A stretch of DNA of 62,753 bases, filler included, from Nemertoderma westbladi (taxonomy: Eukaryota > Animalia > Xenacoelomorpha): the NCBI GenBank assembly GCA_032718475.1. It is 4 parts of 4 records of this genome, joined end to end, with 100 filler letters (N's around TTAATTAATTAA, not from the genome) between each part and the next. Parts side by side here need not be neighbours in the genome. Positions count along the whole stretch, not along the records: positions 40,420 to 52,664 come from JAUCBJ010004110.1; positions 52,765 to 62,753 come from JAUCBJ010008246.1; 2 more parts are not named here. One strand, given 5' to 3'. Below the pieces are notes generated by a model, which worked only from the letters and a program-made list of their open reading frames with translations, searched no databases and was not told the origin of the DNA. Positions 47,185-61,858 of the stretch are shown here, piece by piece (positions within the stretch are counted from its first letter, which is position 1; the number at the start of each line of letters is the position of its first letter). The translations under genes and the position numbers were made by a program.

Positions 47185-47505
47185 TTAAATGATAAAGAAG
47201 GGATCTACAAGATCTTGTTGAGCTATTTCTTTCTGTAATTTCGTTGATAGCATATTTTCTGGAGCCTGTAATCCTGCTAATTCTGAATGACAATTCATCA
47301 TGACCAGTAATGTAGATTTCACTACAATAGTTGGCACATGCAAAGTATCAACGGCTGGTCTGTATTTTATATTAATAATAATTCTGATGGTATGAATCAT
47401 ATCTTTAGTAATTAGTACTGGCACAGTCTTTCCTCTTTTCCCAACTACATGCTGCCTGTAGTAGGTTGGTAGTTTATCTTTCTTTCGCTTTGTATCGTTT
47501 ATCAT
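47185..47505 (-). mobile_element. Crypton-like tyrosine recombinase fragment
   Basis: GKRGKTVPVLIT..M and AGLQAPENMLSTKLQKEIA resemble CryptonV-type motifs. Confidence 0.6.
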
Positions 47506-48662
47506 CGAATCTTCGAATTAAGTGTTATTTAAATTTTTTAGTTGCTGCCCAAAAGTCAACCTTGTGGATTTTATGACCCTTGAGTCACTTTCCTATCCGA
47601 AAATGGCTCCAACAAATTAGCTGAGAAGGAAAATATATTATTTTGGCTTGGAGAACTGGTCGAAATTACCTTTTAACCCTCCCCCGGTAACGTGGGGTAA
47701 AATAATACCCCAAGAGGATTACTTTTGATATTTTTCAACAATCTCTCATATTATGTATGTCCAACTTCATAGTATCTTCCAAAAAACTTGTAATCTAACG
47801 ATTGTGTGGGTCAAACCCATAAAATTTTGTTTATGAAAAATGTTATGGGCCCTTAATTTGAAAACAACTTAGTTAGGTAAGATGGGGTATAAAAATACCA
47901 CATAATGTTATGGTGCTCGTTTAGTGGTGCTTTGTGACTCATTTTGGTTTCATTGGAACCACAATGGTAGATTTAGTTGTACTAGACAGCTAGAGGCATG
48001 TTTTAACTTTGACTTTTAAGGGAGGGTATACCATAATCGGACTCCGAAGACCAAAAGTGCCATAACTCTGGATCAGGTTGATGAATCTACTTGAAATTTG
48101 GTATGAGCATTTCGTATATGATTTGGGTTAATATGAAACATGCACTGACACCCAGATTCAACCAGGTCCATTAGCAGACAAATATAAGTGTTGAAAATGG
48201 TGTGATTTCCCAAATTGATTATAAATTTTGAAGACCAACATGATTTTTGCTGATAACTCTTTAGGAAACATCCTTTAGACCTCCTCTGAATAATTGTTGG
48301 TCAGAATTCTCAATTTCAGCCCTAAAACGAAACCAGGGCCATTCAAATGAGAGAAACTGGCACTCCGCGATAAAATTGCATTCATTTTTTACAAAATGTA
48401 TCAAAACTTTAACATACGAAAAAATAATGGCAATTTTGACCGACAATTTTCCAGAAGGCATATTTCTGTATGTCCTGGCCACAGTTCAGATGATTTCATG
48501 AAGAATTGGCTATAAGATGGGCATTTTAGTTATTCCGTTCCATCGAAATTACAATTAGCGGTAATCAAGCGTTAAAGTTTTATGCACAAATGAATAGACT
48601 GTACAACCGATAAACTGCAACAAATACAACCAAGTAAGTAATATTATAATGAAAGTGTTCTG

Positions 48663-50587
48663 TCAGACAAATCCTCCACTGATGTATGATGGTCCTGCTT
48701 CTTCTAGTAAGGCTACTTCTTCTTTCTTGGCTCGGGCAATCTTATTATGCATACGCTCCCTCTTCTTCTTTCCTTGGTACCTGGCATAGCTAACGCGCTT
48801 GCGGTTCTTGCGATCGATACTTCGTCGACTGTGGGTGTTGCTGGTCAGGTCATTCTGAGATATTTTGTTTAGAATTTTCAATCTACCAGATGCTCCATTG
48901 TTGAAACTCAACATGGCACTGTTGATGGCTAGTTTGATGCGTTTATGGCCATGAAATTTATGTTTAGGAGCTCTACTCCACACTGCGCCATTCAGAGACT
49001 CACTTTGGTTCTGGGTATATCCCAGTAAGCATCGCTGAAGGAGAAGTGGATCTGAGAGTCGTCTATAGAATGGAAGTAGCAGTGGTAGAAACACAGGATC
49101 GAGGTGGTGAGGTTTGTCTGTGAATTTTTTACCTGCCTGAAACTTGCAAAAAGTAGTAGATTCTCCTTTGTCACAATATTTGTGGCGTACTTCAGGTGTT
49201 GGCAGCATATTGATATGAACGATTGTTGCGAGAATGTCCCTTTTCATCTTCCAGAGACATCGCTCTTTTTCTTCTGGAGTTTTGCTGTAGCATCCACATT
49301 CGTTCTAATAGCATTGCCATAATATCTTGATAGACGTTCACAAGTTGGGAGAGTAAGTCTATGTTTGGAGCCTCCAACAAACTTGCCATCAGAGAGTTTG
49401 CCTTTGTTGTTCTCTCTAACATCTCAAAGGGCTTTATGGAGGCGCTTCTGCACATGGTTTATGCAATCCAGTTTATTTACTCTGTTGCAATCGACAGTAC
49501 TATCGGAGTGTTGAGACCAATGTTCCTTTCCCCTATCTGAACTGTCGAATTCCTCTTTTTGAGCTTTTGTCATAGGCTCATACTTCTCACAGCTATCACA
49601 GGCTCCATAGACATTCCAAACATTCTTATATGTTGAGCTGTCTCCATCACATATCAGTTCCTTAAACATCAATCCATGATTTACACCCATCAGACCAGAG
49701 TTTGAACGACTAAACAACTCAATGCCAATACTGGCCTCCATTGAACCAATTGATCCTGTATGAATTGTTTGACATGTTGAGCAATCTTTAGTATGGCTCT
49801 CAAGCCATACTTTATATTCCTTAGATTGCTTGTTCAGGGGATTGAAAGTAACCTGATTGCAGACCTTGGTACGGAACCCATAATCAAGCACTTTGCCAGA
49901 CTCCATAGAGATTACTGCACCATAGCCATAATCCGATGTGTGACCCCTCTGGGCCCATGAACCATCAAATGAAACTGCAGTTTCAACAGGCAATTCATCA
50001 GATCTTCTGATTTCTTTCCTCGCTGAAGTCATGTCTTCACCAACAAGCTCTGTGCTGATGTCTGTAAGATCATTGATATATTTCGAAAAACTGGCCTGAT
50101 GCATGCTTATTGGTATGTCAAGTGCAGTTGATAGCGTGTACAACAATTCAAGTTCAGCACCAAATTCTGTAGCTCCAAAAGCCAAACGAAGATTTAGGTC
50201 TTTAGACTTTTTTGAGTTATATATACCTGTACCATTACGGGAACACTGAAGTTTATAATCGAAATCACACTTTGAGCAGCTGTAATGAATTACACTGTCA
50301 ACTCCATTGCACTTGTCAGCTAGCTGCTTAGATGTGATCTCACTCTCTTCACAATTATGGGCAGCTTTTATAATGGATAACAAATTGTCACAATGTATGA
50401 TTCTGTATCCTGTGACTAGTTTTTCATCCCTTTCCTGTGCTACTGGTAAAGTGTCATCTGTTGCCAATTTTATTTTCAGAAATTGGTACCGGTATATCTT
50501 CAGGTATATCCAGCAACAGGTCAGTGATATCTGAAGACAAGGAAATCCATTTGCCAGATTCAGAACGTCTAAACTGTTTGGCACCAA
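48663..50587 (-). pseudogene. Kolobok-type DDE transposase; stop at 49424, frameshift near 49280, 5' end truncated by satellite
   Basis: VSFDGSWAQRGH, GKVLDY, GSMEA, DGDSST, CINHVQKR, YYGNAIR, TQNQSESLN..W..APK, FNNG; TTAA|GGGAGG terminus at 48016-48025. Confidence 0.85.
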
Positions 50588-52210
50588 ATAGTTTTCTTTT
50601 CATACGTTGGTTGAACTAAGCTACAATGTTTTGGTTAAACTAGTTTTTTTATACGTTGGTTGAACTAAGCTACAATGTTTTGGTTGAATTAGTTTTTTAT
50701 ACGTTGGTTGAACTAAGCTACAATTTTTGGTTGAACTAGTTTTTTTATACGTTGGTTGAACTAAGCTACAATTTTTGGTTGAAATAGTTTTTATACGTTG
50801 GTTGAACTAAGCTACAATGTTTTGGTGGAACTAGTTTCTTATACGTTGGTTGAACTAAGCTACAATTTTTGGTTGAACTAGTTTTTTATATGTTGGTTGA
50901 ACTAAGCTATAATGTTTTGGTTGAACTAGTTTTTTATATGTTGGTTGAACTAAGCTATAATGTTTTGGTTGAACTAGTTTTTTATACGTTGGTTGAACTA
51001 AGCTACAATGTTTTGGTTGAATTAGTTTTTTATATGTTGGTTGAACTAAGCTATAATGTTTTGGTTGAACTAGTTTTTTATACGTTGGTTGAATTAAGCT
51101 ACAATTTTTGGTTGAACGAGTTTTTTTATACGTTGGTTGAACTAAGCTACAATATTTGGTTGAACTAGTTTTTATACGTTGGTTGAACTAAGCTATAATG
51201 TTTTGGTTGAACTAGTTTTTTATACGTTGGTTGAACTAAGCTACAATGTTTTGGTTGAACTAGTTTTTTATATGTTGGTTGAACTAAGCTATAATGTTTT
51301 GGTTGAACTAGTTTTTTATACGTTGGTTGAATTAAGCTACAATTTTTGGTTGAACGAGTTTTTTTATACGTTGGTTGAACTAAGCTACAATATTTGGTTG
51401 AACTAGTTTTTATACGTTGGTTGAACTAAGCTATAATGTTTTGGTTGAACTAGTTTTTTATAGGTTGGTTGAACTAAGCTATAATGTTTTGGTTGAACTA
51501 GTTTTTTATATGTTGGTTGAACTAAGCTATAATGTTTTGGTTGAACTAGTTTTTTATACGTTGGTTGAATTAAGCTACAATTTTTGGTTGAACGAGTTTT
51601 TTTATACGTTGGTTGAACTAAGCTACAATATTTGGTTGAACTAGTTTTTATACGTTGGTTGAACTAAGCTACAATGTTTTGGTGGAACTAGTTTCTTATA
51701 CGTTGGTTGAACTAAGCTACAATGTTTTGTTTTATATACGTTGGTTGAACTAAGCTATAATGTTTTGGTTGAACTAGTTTTTTATACGTTGGTTGAACTA
51801 AGCTACAATTTTTTGGTTGAACTAGTTTTTTATACGTTGGTTGAACTAAGCTACAATGTTTTGGTTGAACTAGTTTTCTTTTCATACGTTGGTTGAACTA
51901 AGCTACAATATTTTGGGTGAACTAGTTTTTTATAGGTTGGTTGAACTAAGCTATAATGTTTTGGTTGAATTAGTTTTTTATACGTTGGTTGAACTAAGCT
52001 ACAATGTTTTGGTTGAACTAGTATTCTTTTCATACGTTGGTTGAACTAAGCTACAATGTTTTGGTTAAACTAGTTTTTTTATCGTTGGTTGAACTAAGCT
52101 ACAATGTTTTGGTTGCATTAGTTTTTTACACGTTGGTTGAACTAAGCTACAATGTTTTGGTTGAACTAGTATTCTTTTCATACGTTGGTTGAACTAAGCT
52201 ACAATATTTT
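50588..52210. repeat. 48-bp satellite built from two TTGGTTGAACTA-containing halves, about 34 copies
   Basis: Directly visible; 238-bp higher-order period (51179 vs 51417). Confidence 0.98.
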
Positions 52211-52445
52211 GTTAGGATAATGCATGGTTGGGATATTGGTATTGGGCATTTTAATTATTGTATTACTTCTGTCTAGTGCTGTAGATTCTCCGGTAAACAA
52301 AACTAATTGTCTACGTAGTGTCCCCGTTCACTTTATTTAATCCGACGACTACAAAAAACTACACCCCACCCCCACCCCTCACTCTCTCTCTCTACCCCTA
52401 CCAACTACCCAATCCCCCCCCCCCCCCCCCCCCATCCCTCCGCCA

Positions 52446-52664
52446 ATGCAGTACTCCCCGCACTCACCCTGTCCCATTTCATGTAACTTCTGCTACTCGA
52501 GATTCGAACCCACTGATTATATTTTTATTTGTATAGCCTGTAATAATCAGTTTCATTTGCCCTGTGGCTCAGTCCTACTCCCCCACGAGATGAACAATGC
52601 TGGGCGCATACGATACGACGATTACTGTGTTTATTGTTATTCCGAAATATTTCCCTTTTTTTCT
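52446..52664 (+). CDS. PHD-finger ORF start, probably from a CR1/L2-like LINE; cut by contig end
   Basis: CNFC..CIAC..FHLPC..CVYC..IFPF (C4HC3). Confidence 0.65.
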
Positions 52665-52764
52665 NNNNNNNNNNNNNNNNNNNNNNNNNNNNNNNNNNNN
52701 NNNNNNNNTTAATTAATTAANNNNNNNNNNNNNNNNNNNNNNNNNNNNNNNNNNNNNNNNNNNN
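52665..52764. other. artificial contig linker
   Basis: N44-TTAATTAATTAA-N44. Confidence 0.99.
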
Positions 52765-53300
52765 CTCACGGTTCAATTATCCCGAATAACAGTTGGCCAA
52801 ACTAACAATAAAATAAACCGCTAAATAATAAATAAAGTGATAGAAATTGTACTACTGTAAGATATTTAAAATTATTGAGTAAATTAATATTCATGGTAGC
52901 CCCTACGCGACACCGCAATATATATAGGCAAGGGGGGCGAAAATTTGGGCTTTGCCCCAAATTTATTAACTTATGCTTCCCATTAATAGCAATTGTTATA
53001 CTACTGTACGAGAGGGTCAGTTTTCTGACCTGCATTGCTCTTCTCAAATGATACGTTAACGTTATATAATGAATTTTATAACCCGGGATATCTACATCCG
53101 GGTACAGCGTATCGGTTAACACTAGTATGGCGGTGCGGTGGTTTTAACCCCTTCGATGTTCCACATATGCTTTTTATCCTGTATAATGTATGTTTTTTTT
53201 GTTGCCTTATACTGTATGACTTTTAAGTAGGCTTACTTACTCAATAGTCTGATACCGGCAACATTGAAGTTGGTGTTTGCATAAACTGCCATGATAGTTA

Positions 53301-54485
53301 TGGCTGTTATCTTTGTTGACTTCTTCAAGGCCTTTGATTCAGTCTCTCGGTCACGTATGTTCAGCATACTTTCATTATATGGGATTCCTGATGAAATTAT
53401 TGCAGCAATCAGATCAGTATACGATGGTTCGACAACATTTGTGTCTACTGTTGACGGTGACACAGAACCATTTGAAGTGTTATGGGGCGTCCTCCAAGGA
53501 GACACACTTGCACCATTCTTGTTCATTATTGTGGTTGACTATGTTCTACGCATGTCCTTAGATCATCATAATGATGATGGGGTGATGATAACTCCACCTA
53601 CTGGCTCCAGAAGTCGAGGAAATCCTGCCAAGTACCTAACTGATCTAGACTTTGCTGATGACTTAGGAGTGCTCTCAGAATCATTAGAGGGAGCCCAACG
53701 GCTCCTCAGCTCATTAGAACATGCTGCTTCTAGTGTTGGTCTTTTTATTAACTCCAGAAAGACCAAAATTTTGACAGTTAACTTTGAAAGTCCTCAGCAA
53801 GTCTCTGATCGGATGAGCATAAGCTCAAAGGATGGTATGCTTGAGCATGTGGACGACTTCTGTTACCTGGGATCATGGATCCGGAAGTCAGGTAAGGACC
53901 TTCGAATACGTAAGGGAAAGGCATGGGCAGCCTTGAATAGGCTTTCCAGGATTTGGAAGTCACCAAGAATTAATCGGAAACTTAAGGTCCGATTATTTAG
54001 AGCAGCAGTAGTTCCATTACTCCTCTACGGGAGTCCATGCTGGGCTCTAACTGCTGAGGACACCAAATCTCTGGATGGCACATTCACAAGAATGCTACGC
54101 CGGGTTCATTGTGTCAAGTACAATGCACACATCTCCAACCAGACACTATATAACATTGGAGGTGTCTCATTGGTTCCCCCAAGCTTGACACTAGAACAAA
54201 ATCGCCTCCGCTTTGCAGGACATTGCTTTCGCCGTGAGGACCAGCCAGTGCATAATCTTGTACTTTGGCAGCCTCATGGAGTGAATAAGCATGGTGGACA
54301 GCCCATGACTTTCTTGAGACGCATTTTAAAGGACACTGGCCTTGAAGATGCGGATGATCTAGCAAATGTCATGGGTGATAGGGAGTTGTGGCGGTGCAAT
54401 TTTGTTGACAAGCCGGCACAGCATTCTTAAAAATGCAGCTGCAATGCAGCATGCCGATCCTAGTAGTAGTAGTAGTAGTAGTAGT
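53301..54485 (+). mobile_element. second 5'-truncated RTE copy
   Basis: Nearly identical to 29309-30475; GVLQGD intact; longer (TAG)n tail. Confidence 0.96.
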
Positions 54486-56111
54486 GTTGACTACAGGCAG
54501 CTGTCTTTTGGTTGTCTCCTTTCGGGGTAAGAGTTTACACTCCCAACTCAATTTCATGTTGCATAAAACGACACGTATATTTTTATGATATCATTGTTTC
54601 TAATTAATTAAGCTAATTTTAATTTTGAGTCATAAAACCCATTTAGATTCCATATATTGAAAATTAAGTCGTACTGAAGACACTCGAACCTAAATAATTA
54701 TTACCATGGTTACTGCACAGCTATAGTTGGAGTTATTGTTTCAGGTTTCCAATTCCCTGTATTGCTGTATTATTGTTGTACATTGCTGTATACTGCATCC
54801 TGCGTTAACCCATTGTTCACATAATATAATAATATAATAGTATTGTAGTTTTGATGGGCGTGCAGTTGCTTTGTGTACTACACAAGTAGAATATTACCAC
54901 GTCACTCAATTCAATTAGTCTTCGGCAATCCTTATGCTTATTTTATCACTGTGGGTGGTTTATTGAACCAATAGAATCCAAGCAGTTACTGCATTATCCC
55001 CATAGCCTCTACTGTACTTCAATCATCTTTGCAGTGATAACAATAAATTGTTATTGCCTCATACTATAGTGTTACAGCAACTGCTGTAAAACTGCCACTG
55101 GCACTGCTACTCTTCATTAAACTGCTTTTATAATTTTTACATAATTATTGTTTGTATTGTAAACAATCATTTAAAATTTAGATTAAATGTATCAAACATA
55201 TTATCTAAATCGTATCAATTGAAATATTTTGTTTAATATACTATATATTTTTGAAAGATTTACCAGCCATTGTCGTGACCTGGATGAATGTAAATAATTT
55301 TTTTTCGATATTTTGATTTTATTATGTTGGTGGGGGTTACTCAGTAAGAAAAGTTATCTCTTGGCTGGTACCGGTAATGCATGGTGGCGCCACACTGACG
55401 GTCCCACAAGTATAAATATATACCATCGATATTTGCATTTCGGGTGGCGACCCTTTGTTAGGCCTAAACTATGCGAGTAGTAAAGCATTTTTAAAGTTTG
55501 CTCTATATCCATGTGGGAAATTCTTGGAATACGACGCCATTTAATATTTACACTGCCGCATCATTTAGCATCTCCTTGGCTGCACCATTGTTTATGTTTG
55601 GATGGGTGCTGTTCTCAGGATATTGTATAGTGTGTGGCTTTACTTGTGGGGTTGTTGAGTTTAAACCCTCTAAAACAATATGGGTGATTTATGGCGTGTC
55701 TGAGGTGGGTCCACAAACGTAGCTACTTAAATGTAGATGTCAACTTGGTTGGTGGATTGGAGTCAGATCTTAAATTTCTTGGGTATAATAGATCTGCTCT
55801 AAACATCAACATCATCACTGTCAACAGTGAGTTCATTATTGGACATCCTGAAAGTCATTAGGTCTATGAGGTAAAATAAACAGAATCAGGCACTACTATT
55901 GCGTAGACCACACTTACCCCCCCCCCCCCCCCCCCCCATTTTTTTTGTGAAGAGTTCATGGCGCTTCCCTTCCTTTTAATTTTCCTATTCAGATGCGTTA
56001 TTTCGTCCCCGATTTGCATTGTGTCGCAATTTTTTATGCTGATTTAAACCGTGTTTAGTGTTGTACATTTTTTATTTTATTTTTTTTTTATTTTATTTAC
56101 GAAATTTAAAC

Positions 56112-56178
56112 TGGCTCGACACGGGATCGAACCGGGTTCTCCCAACCGGAGGCAAAGACAGTGACCACTCCACCTGGA
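56112..56178 (-). mobile_element. tRNA-derived SINE / pseudogene
   Basis: GGAGTGGTC A-box like, GGTTCGATCCC B box, followed by an A-rich tail. Confidence 0.55.
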
Positions 56179-57834
56179 ATTGGTAACTGTATCATATTAG
56201 ATTAGAAGACCAACTGTCACCATTAGGTTAGTTCGTTTTCTAAGCTGATATCTGTTACTGTACTGGAAGCGAAAACTGGCCCCTCTATAGAAACTCAACC
56301 TAGTCAATATTGCAAAAGTTTACAATAAACAAGGACCTTATTGTCAATGGAAACTAGCAGAATGCTTAAGTAATGAATACAAAAAGGAGTTTTTATCACC
56401 ATTTCGTGATTTTATTTTTTTTAATTGTATAATTAGTATAATTGGAACTGTATGAATTTCGCAAAAGTTTGCTTTGCGAGGCAAGTAACGTTTGACGCTG
56501 ATGCTTAGGCATACAATGATAACCTGTTGGGGAGTAAAGAGAGGGTTGGATAATTACTGAGTGTCACCATTGGGAGATAGTGTGGCGCCATCACTGCCTT
56601 AGCGGTAACTGCCAAGAGAGAGGAACCTTGGCGCTGCCTCCGGTTTGGTTTACCTGCACCTGCAACTTGGACACTATTTTATTTTATCCAGCCGACGAAG
56701 TAAATGGCACAATTAAATTTATAATATATTTTTACATTTCATATGTTCAGCTAATGGCGCAGGAAACAACCAATCATTGCTACACAATTTTTTTCATTTA
56801 TTACAAATATATTTCTTTTTTTTTCATATTTCATTCAATGAAAAATATCGAACCGAATAAAATCGATTAGTTTACTTATTGAAAGGGCTGGGCTGGGCCT
56901 GGAATTGGATTTGGCCCATTGTTATGGATACCGCTACTGTTATTGCTTAGCCAACCAATACGTAATTATAGTATTATTGTGACGGCCCTGATTGTTAATA
57001 AAGAACATCAGTGGCAGCAGGGCCGGCATACAGCTATAACTGCTGAGCATAAGGCGCACGCCCTATTACTACATTTACTGCGCATGTCAGCCAGGCCCAA
57101 CCGCCATGATAATGATATAGTGGTAATATCGACTTCTTACAAACCACATAATGACACACCACTAATAATGTATTAACGTACTATGCTACTATATTATACT
57201 AACCGCTCCTATTACATACATACCCACCCAGGCCTCTATTAAATAGTGATTGGGTGTGAATCCATTACGTCACGCACCTGCCTTTTGAGGATAACCCCTT
57301 AGATTGTTTGCTTAACAAACAGTCCATCGTGGTTGGTTGGTTGTATTCGTGGTGCTTCCTCTTACCTCTCTGTACCTCACCCTGGCATCCTGAGTCATTC
57401 TACTCTTAGCTTACTATGTGTGTGGTAGAGTACTTTATATTTTTTAATATTTAGGGTAAAGTGCCTGCTGTGGTTGAGCTCAATCAATCTCAATTCAGAA
57501 GATTTTTATGCCTCAGTTTGTTTTCATTTCAAAATTGTATTGTTATATAGCCTTAAATTTAATTGTATTGTTTGTTATAGAGTCTTAAAGCGGTTTAATT
57601 TGATAATTAATTTTTATTCACACATATAAATTATTAATTCACTTATTTTAACTAGTGATCAATTAAATCTGATATCGACAATTTGATAAATCGACAATTT
57701 AATCTGTTTTTTTGTGTTGTGTTACTAATTAATAAATATATCATTTTCCTTAATTTGTTAAAATAATAAGTAAATATGTTGTGCTCTGTTATCGTTTTAA
57801 TTATTATAATAATAATACTGTAATTGTTAATTCT

Positions 57835-57987
57835 CTTATTATGAAATACTGATAATAATTATTATGAAATACTGATAATAATTATTATGAAATACTGATA
57901 ATAATTATTATGAAATATAATGATAATAATTATTATAAAATAATGATAATAATTATTATGAAATACTGATAATAATTATTATGAAAT
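57835..57987. repeat. 23-bp AT-rich tandem repeat ATGAAATACTGATAATAATTATT, about 6.5 copies
   Basis: Directly visible. Confidence 0.95.
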
Positions 57988-60464
57988 GAAAATTAATTAT
58001 ATTGTATTATACACTCCATCGTATTTATTGCCCATATTTATTGACCATTTTTTGGCGTCGGTAATTTCTCTCAAGTGCAAGTTGTTAATGTTAATCAGTT
58101 TTATTCATAGGCTAGAAAGAAAGTTGCCGTGATGTCAATAAAATTTTACCTTACTACGACGTACTAATAACCGCACTATTGTCATTTTCATGTAAACCAC
58201 AGTTACAGAGTAGTAATATATAATTACAATCTGACAATAATAGTTAGAGTTGTAGCTATGCGGTGTCTTTGTATTTGTTATAATGATAGTATAGAAATAG
58301 AAGTAGGTCCTCAAAGCTCTTTTATGTTATCCATTCACACAGATATATCTCAAAATAGAAACATCTGGTCGGTAGTCTGGGATTTTATCATCAATGCAAT
58401 AAAAGCACGTAAAGTACCGTGACGTTGTCAAGGTAGTTCGTGGTATAAATTACTGTAAATTTATATCATTATTACTCTATAGTGTAATAAACAGTGTAAC
58501 AGTGTAATAAGTAACTATTTGCTTTGCATATATTGGTTTACTGTGTGATGTTCCAATGACAGAACTGGGGGGGGGGGGGGGGGGGGTGACGCAATTCACA
58601 TTACGACGAAGTAATATATTCTCGGTTAATAAGCAGGTTATATATAATAGTTGTTCGTTATTCTAATCAAAACAATAAAAATAAACGGTTATTTGCGTCG
58701 ATTTCCCCCTGGGAAAAGGCTCCCACCATTTTGTTTTTAGAAAGAGCCCCCCCCCCCCCCCCCCCCCCCTCCCCCCATATCTTCAGATTTTATACGTTTT
58801 TAGTTTTGTAGTTTGGTTTCCGGTCTGGTTTGGTAAGTTTCTCTTACGTTTACTTGTACTATTATATAGTTGATCCGAGCTCTAGGAGAGACGAAAGGAC
58901 GTTTCGATTGGAGACAATCCATTTCCGCCTGGCTACACCTGGCTTTACAATAGGATTGGTTGATTGGTATGTACCGGTATGTTCGAATGCATTACTGTTA
59001 GTCGCTGCACTTCGGACTATTAATAATGCAACTAAATGGTATTTGTGTTTCGATTTAAATATTTTATATAATGGTTTTAATCTAATCTTTTTTTTTGTTA
59101 TTTACATTTTGGATTATTTCATGTAACCCGGAACGTGCACTTACGTTATCTTATTTAGTCTGTTGCCAATGATAATGATACGATACCCTTTGTTTGTGAT
59201 GTCGTGTTGGCTGACCGATAGTGACCTCATGTCCAAACGCCTTTCATTAATAATTAATCACTATTTACGTAATTGGTGCGTAATATTCCTAATCCAATGA
59301 CTATTATATTGCTCTGTAACTCTATATTAACCACTTCCATTGTCACAATGTCTCAGTTTGATGTGCTTTTTGTTGTTTGAAGTATTTTTGTCATGGTTTG
59401 TTCTTATTTTCTCGCAGATTTTTCACGCGTAATTTGTTGTGATAAAATAATTTTAAAAAATCGCTGTAACGGAAATTATCTTTGGTTTTCCACATAGGTT
59501 GCCCTACTGGTTTTGCTTATATAACATGACACAGTATGTAGTAAAGGATTACTTACACAATGTTATGGAAATATAGTACACCACCGCGCACTCACCATTA
59601 CAGTTTGACCATATATCCATTAGTTGACATGGCTTGTCGTTTCCTTACATTTCCATATCTCTGAAACTCTTTTCCCACTACAGATGACTAAGTAGCTTAC
59701 CCTGAACCCTGTTCCACTCTCCTATCTACATCTGCACCAATACTCTACTGTCGTGTGTCACCCACTCCCGTGAGATTTATCTGCTTCCAGATAATTGCGG
59801 CAAACCCTGTGACAGTGTGATGGAATTACGGGCAGTGCACATTTATATTGGTTGATTATTTACATTTTGTGTTAATGTCTTTTTAATATTAATTTCCTTG
59901 GAGTGGAGGAGTTGTGATGTTCAAAATCCCCGAAGGGAATTTTTTTGCTTGATTGATTTTATGACCCGCCTTATTTATGATATTTTGAGTTTTTTAACTT
60001 TCATATGTGGAATGTGGATATGTGTTGTGCCATGGAAGATTGAGAATGGAGGGACTTAACGCAAGTTCCATCTCGGCGAATTAATATATCGCGCCAATGT
60101 TAAATTATCAATTACGGGGAAAGGAGCAGGTTACTGTGGCACATTATTCTAACTAAAACAATAAGCTAAAGTCAATAGAACTGGTTACAGCTTTATTTTT
60201 TAAAGTAATCAGCTGGGTTGGGTGAATTCTTACCCCGTGAGTATCCTTAGCCAGCGAGTATTCTTAGCAATATTAAAGGAGCAGGTTAGTAAAGGAGCAG
60301 GTTTCAGAGGCGTAAAGGGGGAACCAAAACAAAAACGTTACAAAAACGTACAAAGGACTTCACCTCGTGCAGTTCTCTGGGTAGTTAGGTATTTTCCATA
60401 GTCAGCTAGACAAAGGCCTGTAGGCCGAAATATTGCTGAGTTGTAATAATTGGTTACTTGTGTG

Positions 60465-61858
60465 CAGGGCCGGATTAAGGTTATCAGGGCTGTGGGCTGA
60501 GTAATAAAAAGGGCCGTTTTCCAACGGGTAAAAAATAACATGAAAAACTAAATATTTTACATATAATTATTATTAATTATTTACTATAAAGAAACCGAGT
60601 GCTAATTACAGCAATGGAGTAAACTCAAAAATTAATGCAAAAAGCACCATTACCTACAACTGAAAGAAAGACACAGAATTGTTTAATATTACAGTAAATT
60701 ATTAACTAATAAAATACTAATTACAATACATAAAACATACAATAAAATTTTAATATACTGTATAATATCGTGACCATAAAGCCAGAACAACACATATATA
60801 CCATAATTTTTCAAAACAATTTTTTTTACCAAAAATACTCAAGATGGCGTTCTACATCTTATGGTAAAATCCTAGACTTGTATGTCTAACTCCATCATTC
60901 CTAAGAAATTACCGTTTTGAGTTGAACCTATATGCTCATAACTGCCACGCAATGGCAACCCACGTTCAGTGAGTTTTCTTATTACACTTACAGCTCGAGT
61001 AAGTACCTGTTGCCAATAATTATTCTGTATTTCAAATTCCTTAAGCAGTGCTGCATCCACACGTCTTTTTGCGTCTCTTCTAATCACCAAACCGATCATT
61101 GCATCTCGGTGACATTCGGAATTTTCATGCCTGCGAACAACCACAGCTGCATGTTTCCAATTGTTGAATCCTAGGTTAACAAATTGATTGGTCCGATCCG
61201 AAGACAATAATTTACAAGGAAAGCAATAAACCTTGCCTTGAGAAGGTGAGTAGCAAAGCCATTCGCGTGTTGTTGGTCGTTGTCCTTCCATTTTGCGTTC
61301 AAACAATGACAATGTGCAAGAGCGGGTAAACTTCTCATTGGCGTGAATATAGCTCGATGCAGAAAAGTCACCACCAGCAATATTTTGGCATTGTGTGCTC
61401 CCTTCACCAACCCAAAATTCTATCATGCCAGGAACAATAACTACCTCATTCCATGTCCCAACATCTGGAGTTATACACAGATTAGTAGTAGATGGCTCAA
61501 CATCACCAGCATAGCCATGAAATTGATTTGCAATGGCCTGGCCGTCAGATACATTTGACAGTGGATCAACAATTTCTTCAGCTACAGATAAGTTTACATT
61601 AAAACAGTCACCTGTGCCAGAGATGCATTGCATTGGAGCATCACTGACTGCATCAGGTAATTCAACTGGGGGAATGGTAGGCTCTACTGTTTCATCCGAA
61701 GTTTTGTCTATTTGGTCTGATATAGGTGTAAAATATGTTCGTAGCTTGGGCACAGATGATAACAAAACACTCTCTCTTTTCTCTTTAGCTTTTTTTGCTC
61801 GCATCTTTTCTGCACCACCAATACCCTTCTTCGAAACGTTCTTTACAAATGTTCCCAT
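60465..61858 (-). mobile_element. deleted hAT element (ZMYM1-like TTF zinc finger + DUF4371 N-half)
   Basis: REWLCYS..VYCFPCKL, GFNNWKH, HENSECH, GLPLRG, NGNFLG; ORF stops before the DDE core; hAT-type end CAGGGCCGGATTAAGG at 60465. Confidence 0.88.

Noticed and set aside
45690-48035. CCCC|TTAA and TTAA|GGGAGG as TIRs of one Kolobok element
   Set aside because: They face away from each other and differ in sequence
50869-52033. LVELVFY repeat ORFs, or CRISPR
   Set aside because: Translation of a 48-bp satellite with frequent indels; no spacers
54500-60100. Short ORFs in contig 4
   Set aside because: No motifs or coding signal recognised; AT-rich non-coding DNA
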